Shown: positions 48,855 to 58,629 of the stretch, one piece after another
How positions within the stretch are numbered: the stretch's first letter is position 1
Layout of the letters: each line of letters opens with the position of its first letter
Assembly (NCBI GenBank): GCA_003244055.1
Contig: QHBZ01000217.1
Coordinates: 8,750 to 72,749 of the forward strand
Direction of reading: 5' to 3'
DNA: 64,000 bases
From: Pseudonocardiales bacterium
GTDB taxonomy: Bacteria > Actinomycetota > Actinomycetes > Mycobacteriales > Pseudonocardiaceae
Made by a program: the position numbers and the translations under genes
Notes under the pieces: generated by a model
Databases searched by the model: none
Seen by the model: the letters and a program-made list of their open reading frames with translations, nothing else
Told to the model about the DNA's origin: nothing

Positions 48855-49349
48855 TCAGGTGGCCGTCGAGTTGCGCAGCCACTGCAGGGTGAACTGGTAC
48901 TCGCTTTCCATCAGTGTGGCGACGCTGTCGGTGATGACCTTCTCCACCTTGGCGCCGATTATCGGCAGCCCGACGTCGGCCGTGAGATGTGCGCCGAGCA
49001 CGCATCCGGCGGGGTCAGGCTGGAAACGCATCGTCCCGCTGATCGTCCCCGGCGCCCCGTCGACCACCGCGTGCACGCTGCCACCTGAGCTGTTCCAGGT
49101 CTCCGTACGGCGGATCGTCAGGCCGCTGGGCAGCATAGACCGCAGGAACGACGGCATCGCGTCCTGAGGAACGGCCTGGTGCAGCACCACGGTGACGCCG
49201 CGGTCGTCGCGATCCCACGACACCAGCTCGGCGCGTGGCCCGCCTACCGTGCGGAGCTTGTCGCGCAGGTACTGCTGGTCGGTGAGAACCTCCCGCATGC
49301 GCTCTGCCGGCTCCGGGTACCGGTGCCGCAGCGCCAATTGGCTGGCCAT
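48855..49349 (-). CDS. DUF2505 (SRPBCC-like) family protein
   Basis: 164 aa from MASQLALRHRYPEP. Family recognised by overall pattern only. Confidence 0.6.
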   Translation of the reverse strand: MASQLALRHRYPEPAERMREVLTDQQYLRDKLRTVGGPRAELVSWDRDDRGVTVVLHQAVPQDAMPSFLRSMLPSGLTIRRTETWNSSGGSVHAVVDGAPGTISGTMRFQPDPAGCVLGAHLTADVGLPIIGAKVEKVITDSVATLMESEYQFTLQWLRNSTAT

Positions 49350-49454
49350 GACTCGGAGGCTACCGTGGTCGCCCGCGAGGTGCTGGCCGCTGATGTGAGC
49401 GCCTGCGTAACGTCGATACTCCACTGGTCAGCGCCGATGCATTGAGGAGATCGG

Positions 49455-50990
49455 ATGCGCATCACCGGGCTTGGGCACGCCGGGTTGTACATCGAAACCT
49501 ACGGCGGAAGTGTGCTGTGCGACCCGTGGGTCAACCCCGCGTTCTTCGGGTCGTGGTTCCCGTTCCCGGACAACACCGGGCTCGACTGGGACCACCTCGG
49601 GCAGGCCGACTACCTCTACGTCTCGCACCTGCACCGCGACCACTTCGATGCCGAGCTGTTGCGCCGCCACGTCCGCAAGGACACCACCGTACTGCTGCCC
49701 GACTACCCGACTGACGAGCTCGAGCGTGAGCTGCAGGCACTGGGTTTCACGCAATTCCTGCGCACCGACAGTGGGGTCCCGGTCGAGCGCGACGGGCTAC
49801 GCATCATGATCACCGCCCTGACCGGGCCGAGTGACGGCCCGATCGGGGACTCGGCGCTATCACTGGACGATGGTCGAACCGTCCTGCTGAACCAGAATGA
49901 TGCGCACCCACTCGACATCGAGGAGCTGCGCGAGTTCGGGGACGTGCACGCCTACTTCACGCAGTTCTCCGGCGCGATCTGGTGGCCGATGGTCTACGAC
50001 CTGCCCGAGGAGGCGAAGCGGGAGTTCGCGCGGCGTAAACGCGCCGGGCAGTCTGACCGGGCTGTGCGCTACATCGACGCCGTCGACGCCGCGCAGGTGT
50101 TCCCGACCGCTGGGCCGCCGTGCTTCCTGGATGAGGAGCTGTTCCACCTCAACGGCCTCGGTGTCGAAGGGACAAGCATCTTCACAGATCAGGTCGAATT
50201 CCTCGCTGAGCTGCGCGCCACCCGGCCTGCGGTGTCTGCGCATCTGCTGCTGCCGGGCACGGTGGTGGAGTTCGATGGCGCCCATTGCACGCTGACCCAC
50301 GAGCAGCACACCGACAGCGAGATCCGGCACATCTTCGAGGACAAGACCGCGTACCTGCGCGAGTTGCAGGTGCGCAGGCAACCCGAGCTGGCCCGGGAGC
50401 GGGCGAGCCGGGCCACGGTACCCGTCGACCTCCTGGATCAGCTCAAGGCATGGTGGGAGCCGCTGCTCAAGCGTGCCGACAACATCTGCGAGGGAGTCGG
50501 CGGCATGGTCCGTCTCGACGCCGGCGACCTGTCGATCGTTGTCGACTTCCTCGCCCGCGAGGTCCGCGCCTACGCGGGAGAGACCTGCCGGTACCGGTTG
50601 TCCACGACCGCGGACCTCGTTGCCACGAACCTTGCTCGCCGGGAGATCGACTGGTCCAACAGCCTGTTCCTGTCCTGCCGATTCACCGCCCGCCGGGTCG
50701 GGCAGTACAACGAATACGTCTACACCTTCTTCAAGTGTTTGTCCGAGGAGCGCATCGACTACGTCGAGAACTGGTACGACGAGCGCAACGACGATGGCCA
50801 GGACGTCGAACTGGGCGGCTGGCGCCTGCAGCGGCGCTGCCCACACCTACGCGCCGACCTCACCAAGTTCGGCAGCGTGGACAACGGCGTGCTGACCTGC
50901 GCGCTGCACGGGTGGCGCTTTGACCTCGCCACCGGACGCTGCCTCACCTCTGGTGGCCACGAGATCCGCGCGGCGCGGATAGAGTTCTGA
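49455..50990 (+). CDS. MBL-fold metallo-hydrolase fused to a C-terminal Rieske [2Fe-2S] domain
   Basis: YVSHLHRDHFD (HxHxDH) at the N-terminus and CPHLRADL...CALHGWRF (CxH...CxxH) at the C-terminus. Confidence 0.85.
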   Translation: MRITGLGHAGLYIETYGGSVLCDPWVNPAFFGSWFPFPDNTGLDWDHLGQADYLYVSHLHRDHFDAELLRRHVRKDTTVLLPDYPTDELERELQALGFTQFLRTDSGVPVERDGLRIMITALTGPSDGPIGDSALSLDDGRTVLLNQNDAHPLDIEELREFGDVHAYFTQFSGAIWWPMVYDLPEEAKREFARRKRAGQSDRAVRYIDAVDAAQVFPTAGPPCFLDEELFHLNGLGVEGTSIFTDQVEFLAELRATRPAVSAHLLLPGTVVEFDGAHCTLTHEQHTDSEIRHIFEDKTAYLRELQVRRQPELARERASRATVPVDLLDQLKAWWEPLLKRADNICEGVGGMVRLDAGDLSIVVDFLAREVRAYAGETCRYRLSTTADLVATNLARREIDWSNSLFLSCRFTARRVGQYNEYVYTFFKCLSEERIDYVENWYDERNDDGQDVELGGWRLQRRCPHLRADLTKFGSVDNGVLTCALHGWRFDLATGRCLTSGGHEIRAARIEF

Positions 50991-52003
50991 TGAGAACGCT
51001 CGCAGAGCTCACGACGATGCGGCTGGGCGGTCCTGCCGGTGAGTACGAGGTCACGCGTTCGACTGAAGATCTCGTTGCGTTGATCCGAGAAGCCGACGCC
51101 GTGGGCAAGCCAGTGCTCGTGATGGGGGGCGGTTCCAACCTCGTCATCGGCGATCAAGGCTTCGAGGGGCTGGTGGTACAGGTGACCACGTCCGGGCTGA
51201 CGGTCCACCGGGAATTTGTCACCGTCGCTGCGGGCGTCGAGTGGGACACCGTCGTCGAGGCCTCTCTGGATGCGGGACTCGCCGGACTGGAGCCACTGTC
51301 GGGCATCCCCGGCTCGACCGGAGGTACTCCCGTGCAGAACGTGGGTGCTTACGGTGCACTCACATCCGACCTGCTGCGCCGACTGACCGTGTACGACCGC
51401 ACCACTGGTGCCATCGATCAGTGGCTTCCGAGCCGGTGCGGCTTTGGTAGCCACCGGCAGTCGGTCTTCAAGCACACCGACCGCTACGTCGTGCTTGACG
51501 TGACCTTCCAGTTGACTCGATCGACCCGATCACGGCCCATCACCTATGCGGGTCTGGCTGACCGGCTCGGCGTCTTACCAGGCGCGACCGCGCCGACAAG
51601 TGAGGTGCGGCAGGCTGTGCTTGCCGTGCGCCGTGAGCGGGGCATGATTCTTGATGCCGGCGACCACGATACGTGGAGCGTCGGGTCCTTCTTCATCAAT
51701 CCTGTGCTCACCTCGGTGCCGGACAAGGCACGAGACTGCCCGCAGTATCCCGATCCGGCGGGGACGAAACTGTCGGCGGCGTGGCTCATCGATCATGCTG
51801 GATTTTCCCGTGGATACGGCCGTGATCGGGGTCGTGGCGCGGTTGCGTTGTCGTCGAAGCACGCTCTGGCCGTGACCAACCGCGGTACCGCCACGACCAC
51901 CGAGGTCATGGAATTCGCCGCGCATATCCGGGAAGGTGTGGAGCAGACGTTCGATATCCGCCTCGGGCCGGAATGCGACCTGGTCAACTGCAAGTTCGGC
52001 TAG
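50990..52003 (+). CDS. murB: UDP-N-acetylenolpyruvoylglucosamine reductase
   Basis: LTTMRLGGPA...VLVMGGGSNLVI...GIPGSTGGTPVQNVGAYG. TGATG overlap with the upstream gene. Confidence 0.95.
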   Translation: MRTLAELTTMRLGGPAGEYEVTRSTEDLVALIREADAVGKPVLVMGGGSNLVIGDQGFEGLVVQVTTSGLTVHREFVTVAAGVEWDTVVEASLDAGLAGLEPLSGIPGSTGGTPVQNVGAYGALTSDLLRRLTVYDRTTGAIDQWLPSRCGFGSHRQSVFKHTDRYVVLDVTFQLTRSTRSRPITYAGLADRLGVLPGATAPTSEVRQAVLAVRRERGMILDAGDHDTWSVGSFFINPVLTSVPDKARDCPQYPDPAGTKLSAAWLIDHAGFSRGYGRDRGRGAVALSSKHALAVTNRGTATTTEVMEFAAHIREGVEQTFDIRLGPECDLVNCKFG

Positions 52004-52027
52004 CAGTTCTGCGCTGTTCTTCGCTCG

Positions 52028-52765
52028 TCAGGCCTGCCGGAAGGAGCGCGTCGCGGAATGCTGGTCGCGCGGCTTGACCACGATCAGGTCCAGGTTGACG
52101 TGGGAAGGTCTGGTCACCGCGAAGGCGATCACCTCGGCGACGTCCTGTGCGGCCAATGGGGTGAGCCCCGTGTAGACCCGGTCGGCCTGCTCGGCGTCGC
52201 CGCCGAAGCGCACCAGAGAGAACTCGGTATCCACCATGCCGGGCGCGACCTCGACGAACCGCACCGGTTGCCCGAGGTGCTCGCCCCGCAGCGTGCGGTG
52301 CAGAGCCGCCTGCGCGTGCTTGGCGGAGGTATAGCCCGAGCCGTTGTCGTAGACCTCCAGCGCGGCGATGGAGGTCACCGTGACCAGCACACCGTCCCCG
52401 GAGGCGATCAGTTTCGGCAGCAACGCCCTGGTCACCCGGAGCGTGCCGAGCACGTTGGCCTCCCACATCCAGCGCCACTGGTCCTCGTCGGCCTCCACCG
52501 CAGGCTCGAAGCCCTGCGCGCCGCCGGCGTTGTTCACCAGCACCCGCGCGGCGGGTATCGCCGCGGCGAAGGCCGCCACCGAGCCGGGGTCGAGCACGTC
52601 GAGCGCCACGGCGGTGCCGCCGATCTCGTCGGCGATCTCCCGGCAGCGCGCCACCCGCCGCGCCCCGAGCACCACGTGGAAGCCTTCCGCGGCCAACGCC
52701 CGCGCCGTAGCCGCTCCGATCCCGCTACTACCCCCCGTCACCACCGCCGTCGCTCGCTCACTCAC
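52028..52765 (-). CDS. short-chain dehydrogenase/reductase (Rv0484c-like position)
   Basis: VVTGGSSGIGAA (TGxxxGxG) and YTSAKHA (YxxxK). GTG start. Confidence 0.9.
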   Translation of the reverse strand: MSERATAVVTGGSSGIGAATARALAAEGFHVVLGARRVARCREIADEIGGTAVALDVLDPGSVAAFAAAIPAARVLVNNAGGAQGFEPAVEADEDQWRWMWEANVLGTLRVTRALLPKLIASGDGVLVTVTSIAALEVYDNGSGYTSAKHAQAALHRTLRGEHLGQPVRFVEVAPGMVDTEFSLVRFGGDAEQADRVYTGLTPLAAQDVAEVIAFAVTRPSHVNLDLIVVKPRDQHSATRSFRQA

Positions 52766-52792
52766 GCCTGCAACCCTAATCCGCCCCGCCGG

Positions 52793-52856
52793 CGCATTCA
52801 GCAGGCTCAGCGGGGTAAACAGGACCTCGACCACCCCGCTGAGCCTGCTGAATGCG
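52793..52856. repeat. perfect 24-bp inverted repeat with a 16-nt spacer, filling the SDR/mshA divergent intergenic region
   Basis: CGCATTCAGCAGGCTCAGCGGGGT (n16) ACCCCGCTGAGCCTGCTGAATGCG. Confidence 0.95.
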
Positions 52857-52889
52857 GGTGAGCGGGGATGACGGCAGGATAGGTGGGCG

Positions 52890-54179
52890 ATGGGGCGGAT
52901 CGGGAGGGTGCTGCGGCGGGTTGCGGTGCTTTCTGTGCATACGTCGCCGCTGGATCCGCCGGGCACCGGCGACGCCGGTGGGATGAACGTCTATGTCGTA
53001 CAGACCGCCACCCGGCTGGCCCGTCGTGGCGTCGAGGTGGAGATCTTCACCCGAGCCACCTCCTCGGGGATGCCCGCGGCGGTGGAACTCGCTCCGGGTG
53101 TCACCGTGCGACACATCACCGCCGGCCCCTACGAAGGTCTGGCCAAGAACGACCTACCGGCGCAGCTGTGCGCGTTCACCGCCGGGGTGTTGCGGGCCGA
53201 GGCGCGCCGCGAGCCGGGCTACTACGACGTGGTGCATTCGCACTACTGGCTGTCCGGACAGGTCGGTTGGCTGGCCCGGGACCGCTGGGGGGTGCCGCTG
53301 GTGCATACCGCACACACTCTGGCCAAGGTGAAAAACGCCGCGCTCGCCGAGGGTGACCTGCCGGAGCCGCACACCCGGGTGATCGGCGAGCAGCAGGTAG
53401 TGGCCGAGGCTGACCGGCTGGTCGCGAACACGCCAGCCGAGGCTGCCCAGCTCGTCGAGCTCTACGGCGCCGACCCGGTTCGCACCGCCACCATCGCCCC
53501 CGGAGTCGACCTGGAGCTGTTCACGCCGGGATCGCGGCAAGCCGCCCGCGCCGCTCTGGACCTGCCGGCAGAGGCCGTGGTGCTCGCCTTCGTCGGTCGC
53601 ATCCAGCCGCTCAAGGGGCCAGATGTGCTGTTGCGCGCCGCGGCCGAGATGCTGCGCCGGGATCCGGCGCTGCGCGACCGGCTGCGGGTGCTGGTAGTGG
53701 GCGGACCGTCGGGTACCGGGCTGGCCGAACCCACCGTGTTGCACCAGCTGGCAGCCGGGCTCGGGATCTCGGAGCATGTCGTGTTCGCTGCTCCTCAGGT
53801 GGGTTCGGCCCTGGTCGGCGTCTTCCGGGCCGCCGATGTGGTGGCCGTACCGAGCTACAGCGAGTCGTTCGGGCTGGTGGCGTTGGAGGCGCAGGCATGC
53901 GGGACGCCGGTGGTCGCCGCGAAGGTCGGCGGCCTGCCGGTGGCGGTAGCCGATGGAGTTTCGGGTCAGCTGGTGGGTAGCCACCAGCTGGTCGATTGGG
54001 CCGATGCGCTCTCCGCCGTCGCGCTGCACCCGCAGCGGCGCGAGGAGCTTTCGGCCGGCGCCGCCCGGCATGCCCGGCGGTTCTCCTGGGAGCGCACCAC
54101 CGAGGCGCTGCTGCGGGTCTACGCAGACGCGGCGGCCTCCTACCGGGTGGACGCGCTGTCCTGCGAGGTAGCGGTGTGA
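52890..54179 (+). CDS. mshA: D-inositol-3-phosphate glycosyltransferase (mycothiol biosynthesis)
   Basis: [26 protein letters not shown]...HSHYWLSG...[22 protein letters not shown]. Confidence 0.95.
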   Translation: MGRIGRVLRRVAVLSVHTSPLDPPGTGDAGGMNVYVVQTATRLARRGVEVEIFTRATSSGMPAAVELAPGVTVRHITAGPYEGLAKNDLPAQLCAFTAGVLRAEARREPGYYDVVHSHYWLSGQVGWLARDRWGVPLVHTAHTLAKVKNAALAEGDLPEPHTRVIGEQQVVAEADRLVANTPAEAAQLVELYGADPVRTATIAPGVDLELFTPGSRQAARAALDLPAEAVVLAFVGRIQPLKGPDVLLRAAAEMLRRDPALRDRLRVLVVGGPSGTGLAEPTVLHQLAAGLGISEHVVFAAPQVGSALVGVFRAADVVAVPSYSESFGLVALEAQACGTPVVAAKVGGLPVAVADGVSGQLVGSHQLVDWADALSAVALHPQRREELSAGAARHARRFSWERTTEALLRVYADAAASYRVDALSCEVAV

Positions 54180-54664
54180 GCGGTCCGGCGGAGCTCGATG
54201 ACGTCATCGCCGGGATGCTCGACGGGGCCGGACTCGAGCATGAACACCGCGGGCCGGGCAGCTTCACCATCACTCTGCCGGGAAGCAAGAGGTTGCGGAC
54301 CACCTGCTGGGTGTTGGTCGGCCAGCACGGGGTGTTGGTGGAGGCGTTCGTGTGCCGGCGTCCCGATGAGTCACATGAGGATGTCTACCGCTGGCTGCTG
54401 CACCGCAACACGAAGCTCTATGGGGTGCACTACGCGCTGGACCGGGTCGGGGACATCTACCTCATCGGTCGGCTGGCTCATCATGCGCTGACTGCGGCGG
54501 AACTGGACCGGGTGCTGGGCCAGGTGGTCGAGGCCGCAGACGGTGACTTCAATACGCTGCTGGAGATCGGGTTCGCCTCCTCGATCCGGCGCGAATGGGC
54601 CTGGCGGGTGGCGCGCGGCGAGTCTCTGCACAACCTCGCTGCCTTCGAACACCTGGTGCGCTGA
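54176..54664 (+). CDS. YbjN-domain protein (Rv0487-like position)
   Basis: GTGA overlap with msh[31 protein letters not shown]. Confidence 0.8.
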   Translation: MSGPAELDDVIAGMLDGAGLEHEHRGPGSFTITLPGSKRLRTTCWVLVGQHGVLVEAFVCRRPDESHEDVYRWLLHRNTKLYGVHYALDRVGDIYLIGRLAHHALTAAELDRVLGQVVEAADGDFNTLLEIGFASSIRREWAWRVARGESLHNLAAFEHLVR

Positions 54665-54707
54665 CCCAGTCTGAGCTCCGAGCCTGGCGAGCAACAGGCC
54701 TAGCGAG

Positions 54708-54771
54708 CAACAGTGGCGGGGGGCCCGGGGGGAGGGGGGAGTCGCAACTCGGGCCTGCCCCGCCACTGTTG
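54708..54771 (+). terminator. compound hairpin (14-bp outer stem plus 6-bp inner stem) enclosing a G-rich tract
   Basis: CAACAGTGGCGGGG ... CCCCGCCACTGTTG, 44 nt after the YbjN-like stop. Confidence 0.45.
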
Positions 54772-55300
54772 TCCCGCGTAAACAGATCCCCCTGGGTGAG
54801 GGGCACCCAGGGATCCTGGCGGGCCGCAGTCCGACGGGGGAGGACGAACCGCGGGCTTACGCTCACCTGCCGGGAAGTGCGTATGGGAGCGGCGAGGAGA
54901 GCGGTGTCACACTCTCAGGCAAGCGAACAGATCTCAAGCCCTTTCCGGAAGTTGATTGCGGCGTACCCGATCGGCCTACCGGCCAGGGTCGGTGTCCCCC
55001 CGGTATGTTGCGAGTAACGGTTCGGGCGCCTACCGCGACAACACAGTGAGTGCAAGCACCAACACGCTGAGTGCAGGCACTTCGGCCGCCGCTTCTCGGG
55101 GCCCGTCGCCAGCGGTAAGTCCTGTTCACCAGTATCGATGAAGAATTGTTCAAGGGGTCGTCACGGAGCGTATGCTCATGGTTGCGCAGCGAAGTTGTCG
55201 CCCAATCGGCTGCTTCGGAGACCTGAATACCACTGGTATGAAGTGCGATCTGGCTGCGTGCTTGTCGGGGTAGTAGGGTGCACCGATCTCTGGGAGGTAG

Positions 55301-55531
55301 ATGGACATGAGCATGGCAGCGATCCTGGCCGAGTTGCCGGACATGTGGCGCAGCGCGTTGACCGCGCACGTGCCCGATCCACGAGGTAACTGTTGGGCTT
55401 GTCGCGACGAAAACGGTGTAGCGGCAACATGGCCGTGCCTGACTCGAGAGGTCGCCGAAGAAGCCAAGTATCTCTACGAGGGTGGACTTCCGGGAACCTT
55501 CGGCGGTCGTCACGCCGCGCGCAACGGTTGA
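55301..55531 (+). CDS. small Cys-motif hypothetical protein (CWAC...WPC)
   Basis: GGGAGG RBS. MSMAAILAELPDMWRSALTAHVPDPRGNCWACRDENGVAATWPCLTREVA. It lies in a lower-GC island. Confidence 0.5.
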   Translation: MDMSMAAILAELPDMWRSALTAHVPDPRGNCWACRDENGVAATWPCLTREVAEEAKYLYEGGLPGTFGGRHAARNG

Positions 55532-55818
55532 ACCATTGGCGCCCGCTAGCTGTGATCGATGCCACAGTTCTGCTCAGCGGGCATTCGCGACCAAGGAAAC
55601 CGCTGTGCTGGGAACCCCGGCGCAGGAAACCGCTGTGCAACCAGCCTTTCCCGGGGGGCGGGGGAAGCGGGCGATCAGCGGTTCCCTGCAACGACGGTGA
55701 GGTGTCAGCAGGGGGTGCCAGTACACCGTCGTCGCACGTTAATGTACGGGTAACCTGCCTGTCACTGCCAGCGCCCGTTCGGGCCATTCGGGCTGACCGG
55801 CAGGATTAGGCTGCTGGT

Positions 55819-56559
55819 ATGAGCCTAGGCGCCCTGATCATGCTTCGCCACGGCGAGAGCGAGTGGAACGCAAAGAACCTGTTCACGGGATGGGTGGATG
55901 TGCCGCTGACGGATCGCGGCGAGTGCGAGGCGGCGAGATCCGGTGCGCTGATGCGCGAGGCCGGGCTGCTTCCTGACGTGGTGCACACATCGCTGCTGCG
56001 CCGAGCGGTCAGCACCGCGTACCTCGCACTCGACGTCGCCGACCGGCACTGGATTCCGGTGCGCCGTGATTGGCGGCTCAACGAGCGGCACTACGGCGCG
56101 CTGCAAGGCATGGCCAAGGCGCAGATCCGCGAGGAGTACGGCGATGAGCAGTTCGCGTTGTGGCGCCGCTCCTACGGCACCCGGCCACCGCCCATAACGC
56201 CGGGCGGTGAGTTCAGCCAGGACGGCGACTCGCGGTACGTCGGCATCGACATCCCCAGGACCGAGTGCCTGGCCGACGTGGTGGCTCGAATGCTGCCGTA
56301 CTGGGAATCGTCGATCGTGCCGGATCTGCGCGCCGGCCGGACTGTGTTGATCGCCGCGCACGGTAACTCGCTGCGCGCGTTGGTCAAGTATCTCGACGAC
56401 ATCGACGCGGAGATCATCGCCGGCGTCAACATCCCGACGGGCATCCCGCTGCGGTACGACCTTGATGATCAGTTGCGGCCGATCACTGCCGGCGGCAGCT
56501 ATCTTGATCCAGAATCGGCGGCCGATGCGATGACCGTGGTTGCCCAACAAGGTCAGTAG
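55819..56559 (+). CDS. gpmA: 2,3-bisphosphoglycerate-dependent phosphoglycerate mutase
   Basis: [12 protein letters not shown]...[12 protein letters not shown]...[10 protein letters not shown]. Confidence 0.95.
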   Translation: MSLGALIMLRHGESEWNAKNLFTGWVDVPLTDRGECEAARSGALMREAGLLPDVVHTSLLRRAVSTAYLALDVADRHWIPVRRDWRLNERHYGALQGMAKAQIREEYGDEQFALWRRSYGTRPPPITPGGEFSQDGDSRYVGIDIPRTECLADVVARMLPYWESSIVPDLRAGRTVLIAAHGNSLRALVKYLDDIDAEIIAGVNIPTGIPLRYDLDDQLRPITAGGSYLDPESAADAMTVVAQQGQ

Positions 56560-56703
56560 TTTCGCTGTCCAGATGCCGCCTGACCCCGGGGATGAACCCA
56601 CGGTGAACGGCGGACGAAAGTTTGCTCTATTACGGGTGGATGTCGTCACTTGGGGTGTGCCGAGACTAGGGCTTTCCCCGGGTCCGGTGCTTACGATTGC
56701 TGC

Positions 56704-57900
56704 GTGACCCTCGCAGTCGTCGTGTGCACCGCGATCGGCACGCTGATGGTCGGGTTGGTGGGGGGATTCCTGATCGGCCGGCGCACCGGAACGCCGGCAA
56801 CGCCGCCATCCCCGAGTGGTGCGACGGTCGCCGATTTGGTCCAGCGAGTCATGCTCTCCTCACACAACGGGGTGGTGCTGCTCGACCGGATGGGCGACGT
56901 GGTGCTGGCCAACCCGCCGGCCGTCGAATTGGGTCTGGTCCAGGGTTCGTGCCCGGATGTGCGCGCGGCCAAGGCCGCCGAGCAGGTGCGCAACACCGGT
57001 GAGGTGGTCCACGTCGATCTCTCGCCGCTGGATCACGGTGCCCGATCCGGTCGCGGACCCACTGCCGTACTCGGGGAGGTCCGGCCGCTGGGGGATGGCT
57101 ACACCGTGATCGACGCGTCCGACGAATCGGACGCGGTCCGCCTCGAAGCGACCCGGCGGGACTTCGTGGCCAACGTCAGCCACGAGCTCAAGACCCCGGT
57201 CGGGGCGATGGCGCTGCTGGCCGAGGCGGTGCTCGACGCCGCTGATGATCCGCACGAGGTGCACCGGTTCGGCACCAAGATCCTCAGCGAGGCCAACCGG
57301 CTGGGCACCCTGGTCACCGAGTTGATCGCGCTGTCGCGGCTCCAAGGCGCCGAGCGGCTGCCCGAGCTGGCCACCGTCGAGGTCGACAAGGTCGTGGGCG
57401 AGGCGCTGAATCGCTGCCGGTTGGCAGCCGAATCGGCCAACATCCGGATAACCCTGGACCCGCCCAGTGGACTGTTGCTCAACGGCGACGCGACGCTGCT
57501 GGTCACCGCGTTGTCCAACCTGCTCGACAACGCGGTCTGTTACTCCCGGCCCGGCAGCCCGGTCTCGGTCAGCAGGCGACTGGTGGACGGTTTCGTGGAG
57601 GTCGCCGTTACCGACCGCGGCCTGGGCATCGCCGCCGAACACCAGGAACGCGTCTTCGAACGGTTCTTCCGGATCGACCAGGCGCGCAGCCGGTCCACCG
57701 GCGGTACAGGGTTGGGGTTGGCGATCGTCAAACACGTCGCCGCCAACCACGGCGGGGCCGTCACGCTCTGGAGCAAGCCCGGTACCGGCTCCACCTTCAC
57801 CCTGCGGATTCCCGCCCATCCGAAGGCTGCAGCGCCCGACGCTTCGCAAGACGCGGTACGCGCCCTGTCTACCCCCGAGTACGTGGGAGGATCGCCATGA
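56704..57900 (+). CDS. senX3: sensor histidine kinase SenX3
   Basis: H-box SHELKTPVGA, N-box LLDNAVCYS, G-boxes DRGLGI and GGTGLGLAIV. Adjacent to regX3. Confidence 0.9.
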   Translation: MTLAVVVCTAIGTLMVGLVGGFLIGRRTGTPATPPSPSGATVADLVQRVMLSSHNGVVLLDRMGDVVLANPPAVELGLVQGSCPDVRAAKAAEQVRNTGEVVHVDLSPLDHGARSGRGPTAVLGEVRPLGDGYTVIDASDESDAVRLEATRRDFVANVSHELKTPVGAMALLAEAVLDAADDPHEVHRFGTKILSEANRLGTLVTELIALSRLQGAERLPELATVEVDKVVGEALNRCRLAAESANIRITLDPPSGLLLNGDATLLVTALSNLLDNAVCYSRPGSPVSVSRRLVDGFVEVAVTDRGLGIAAEHQERVFERFFRIDQARSRSTGGTGLGLAIVKHVAANHGGAVTLWSKPGTGSTFTLRIPAHPKAAAPDASQDAVRALSTPEYVGGSP

Positions 57901-58601
57901 TCAGAGTACTGATCGTCGAGGACGAGGAGGACTTCGCTGATCCGCTGGCCTTCTTGCTGCGCAAGGAGGGCTTCTCCGCTGCGGTGGCGACCACCGGATC
58001 TGAGGCGTTGGAGGAGTTCGACCGCAACGGTGCCGACATCGTGCTGCTCGACCTGATGCTGCCCGGAATGAGCGGCACCGACGTCTGCAAGCAACTGCGG
58101 GTGCGCTCCACGGTCCCGGTGATCATGGTGACTGCCCGGGACAGCGAGATCGACAAGGTCGTGGGGCTGGAGCTCGGAGCCGACGACTATGTCACCAAGC
58201 CCTACTCCGCCCGCGAGCTCATCGCGCGGATCCGCGCAGTGCTGCGACGCGGGGCGGAAGGCGCCGATGGCGCGGCGTCGGCGACCGCCGCCCTTGGGCC
58301 GGCGGTGTTGGAGGCCGGGTCGGTGCGAATGGACGTCGAGCGGCACATCGTGACCGTCGCCGGGCACGAGGTGGGCCTGCCGCTGAAGGAATTCGACCTA
58401 CTGGAGTACCTGTTGCGCAACGTGGGCCGGGTACTCACCCGCGGCCAGCTCATTGATCGGGTGTGGGGCGCGGACTACGTCGGCGATACCAAGACGCTGG
58501 ACGTGCATGTCAAGCGGTTGCGATCCAAGATCGAACAGGATCCCTCCGTGCCCCGGCACCTACTCACCGTCCGCGGCCTTGGCTACAAGTACGACGTCTG
58601 A
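57897..58601 (+). CDS. regX3: OmpR-family response regulator RegX3
   Basis: IRVLIVEDEE...DLMLPGMSG...winged helix LTRGQLIDRVWG. ATGA overlap with senX3. Confidence 0.95.
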   Translation: MIRVLIVEDEEDFADPLAFLLRKEGFSAAVATTGSEALEEFDRNGADIVLLDLMLPGMSGTDVCKQLRVRSTVPVIMVTARDSEIDKVVGLELGADDYVTKPYSARELIARIRAVLRRGAEGADGAASATAALGPAVLEAGSVRMDVERHIVTVAGHEVGLPLKEFDLLEYLLRNVGRVLTRGQLIDRVWGADYVGDTKTLDVHVKRLRSKIEQDPSVPRHLLTVRGLGYKYDV

Positions 58602-58629
58602 AGCCCCGCTCGGCGTAGCGTGGCCTCTC

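Noticed and set aside
54716-54740. G-quadruplex from three G6 runs (GGCGGGGGGCCCGGGGGGAGGGGGG).
   Set aside because: There are only three long runs, and they sit inside a hairpin loop whose C-rich partner strand is nearby. Duplex or hairpin formation is the simpler expectation. It is mentioned within the island finding only.
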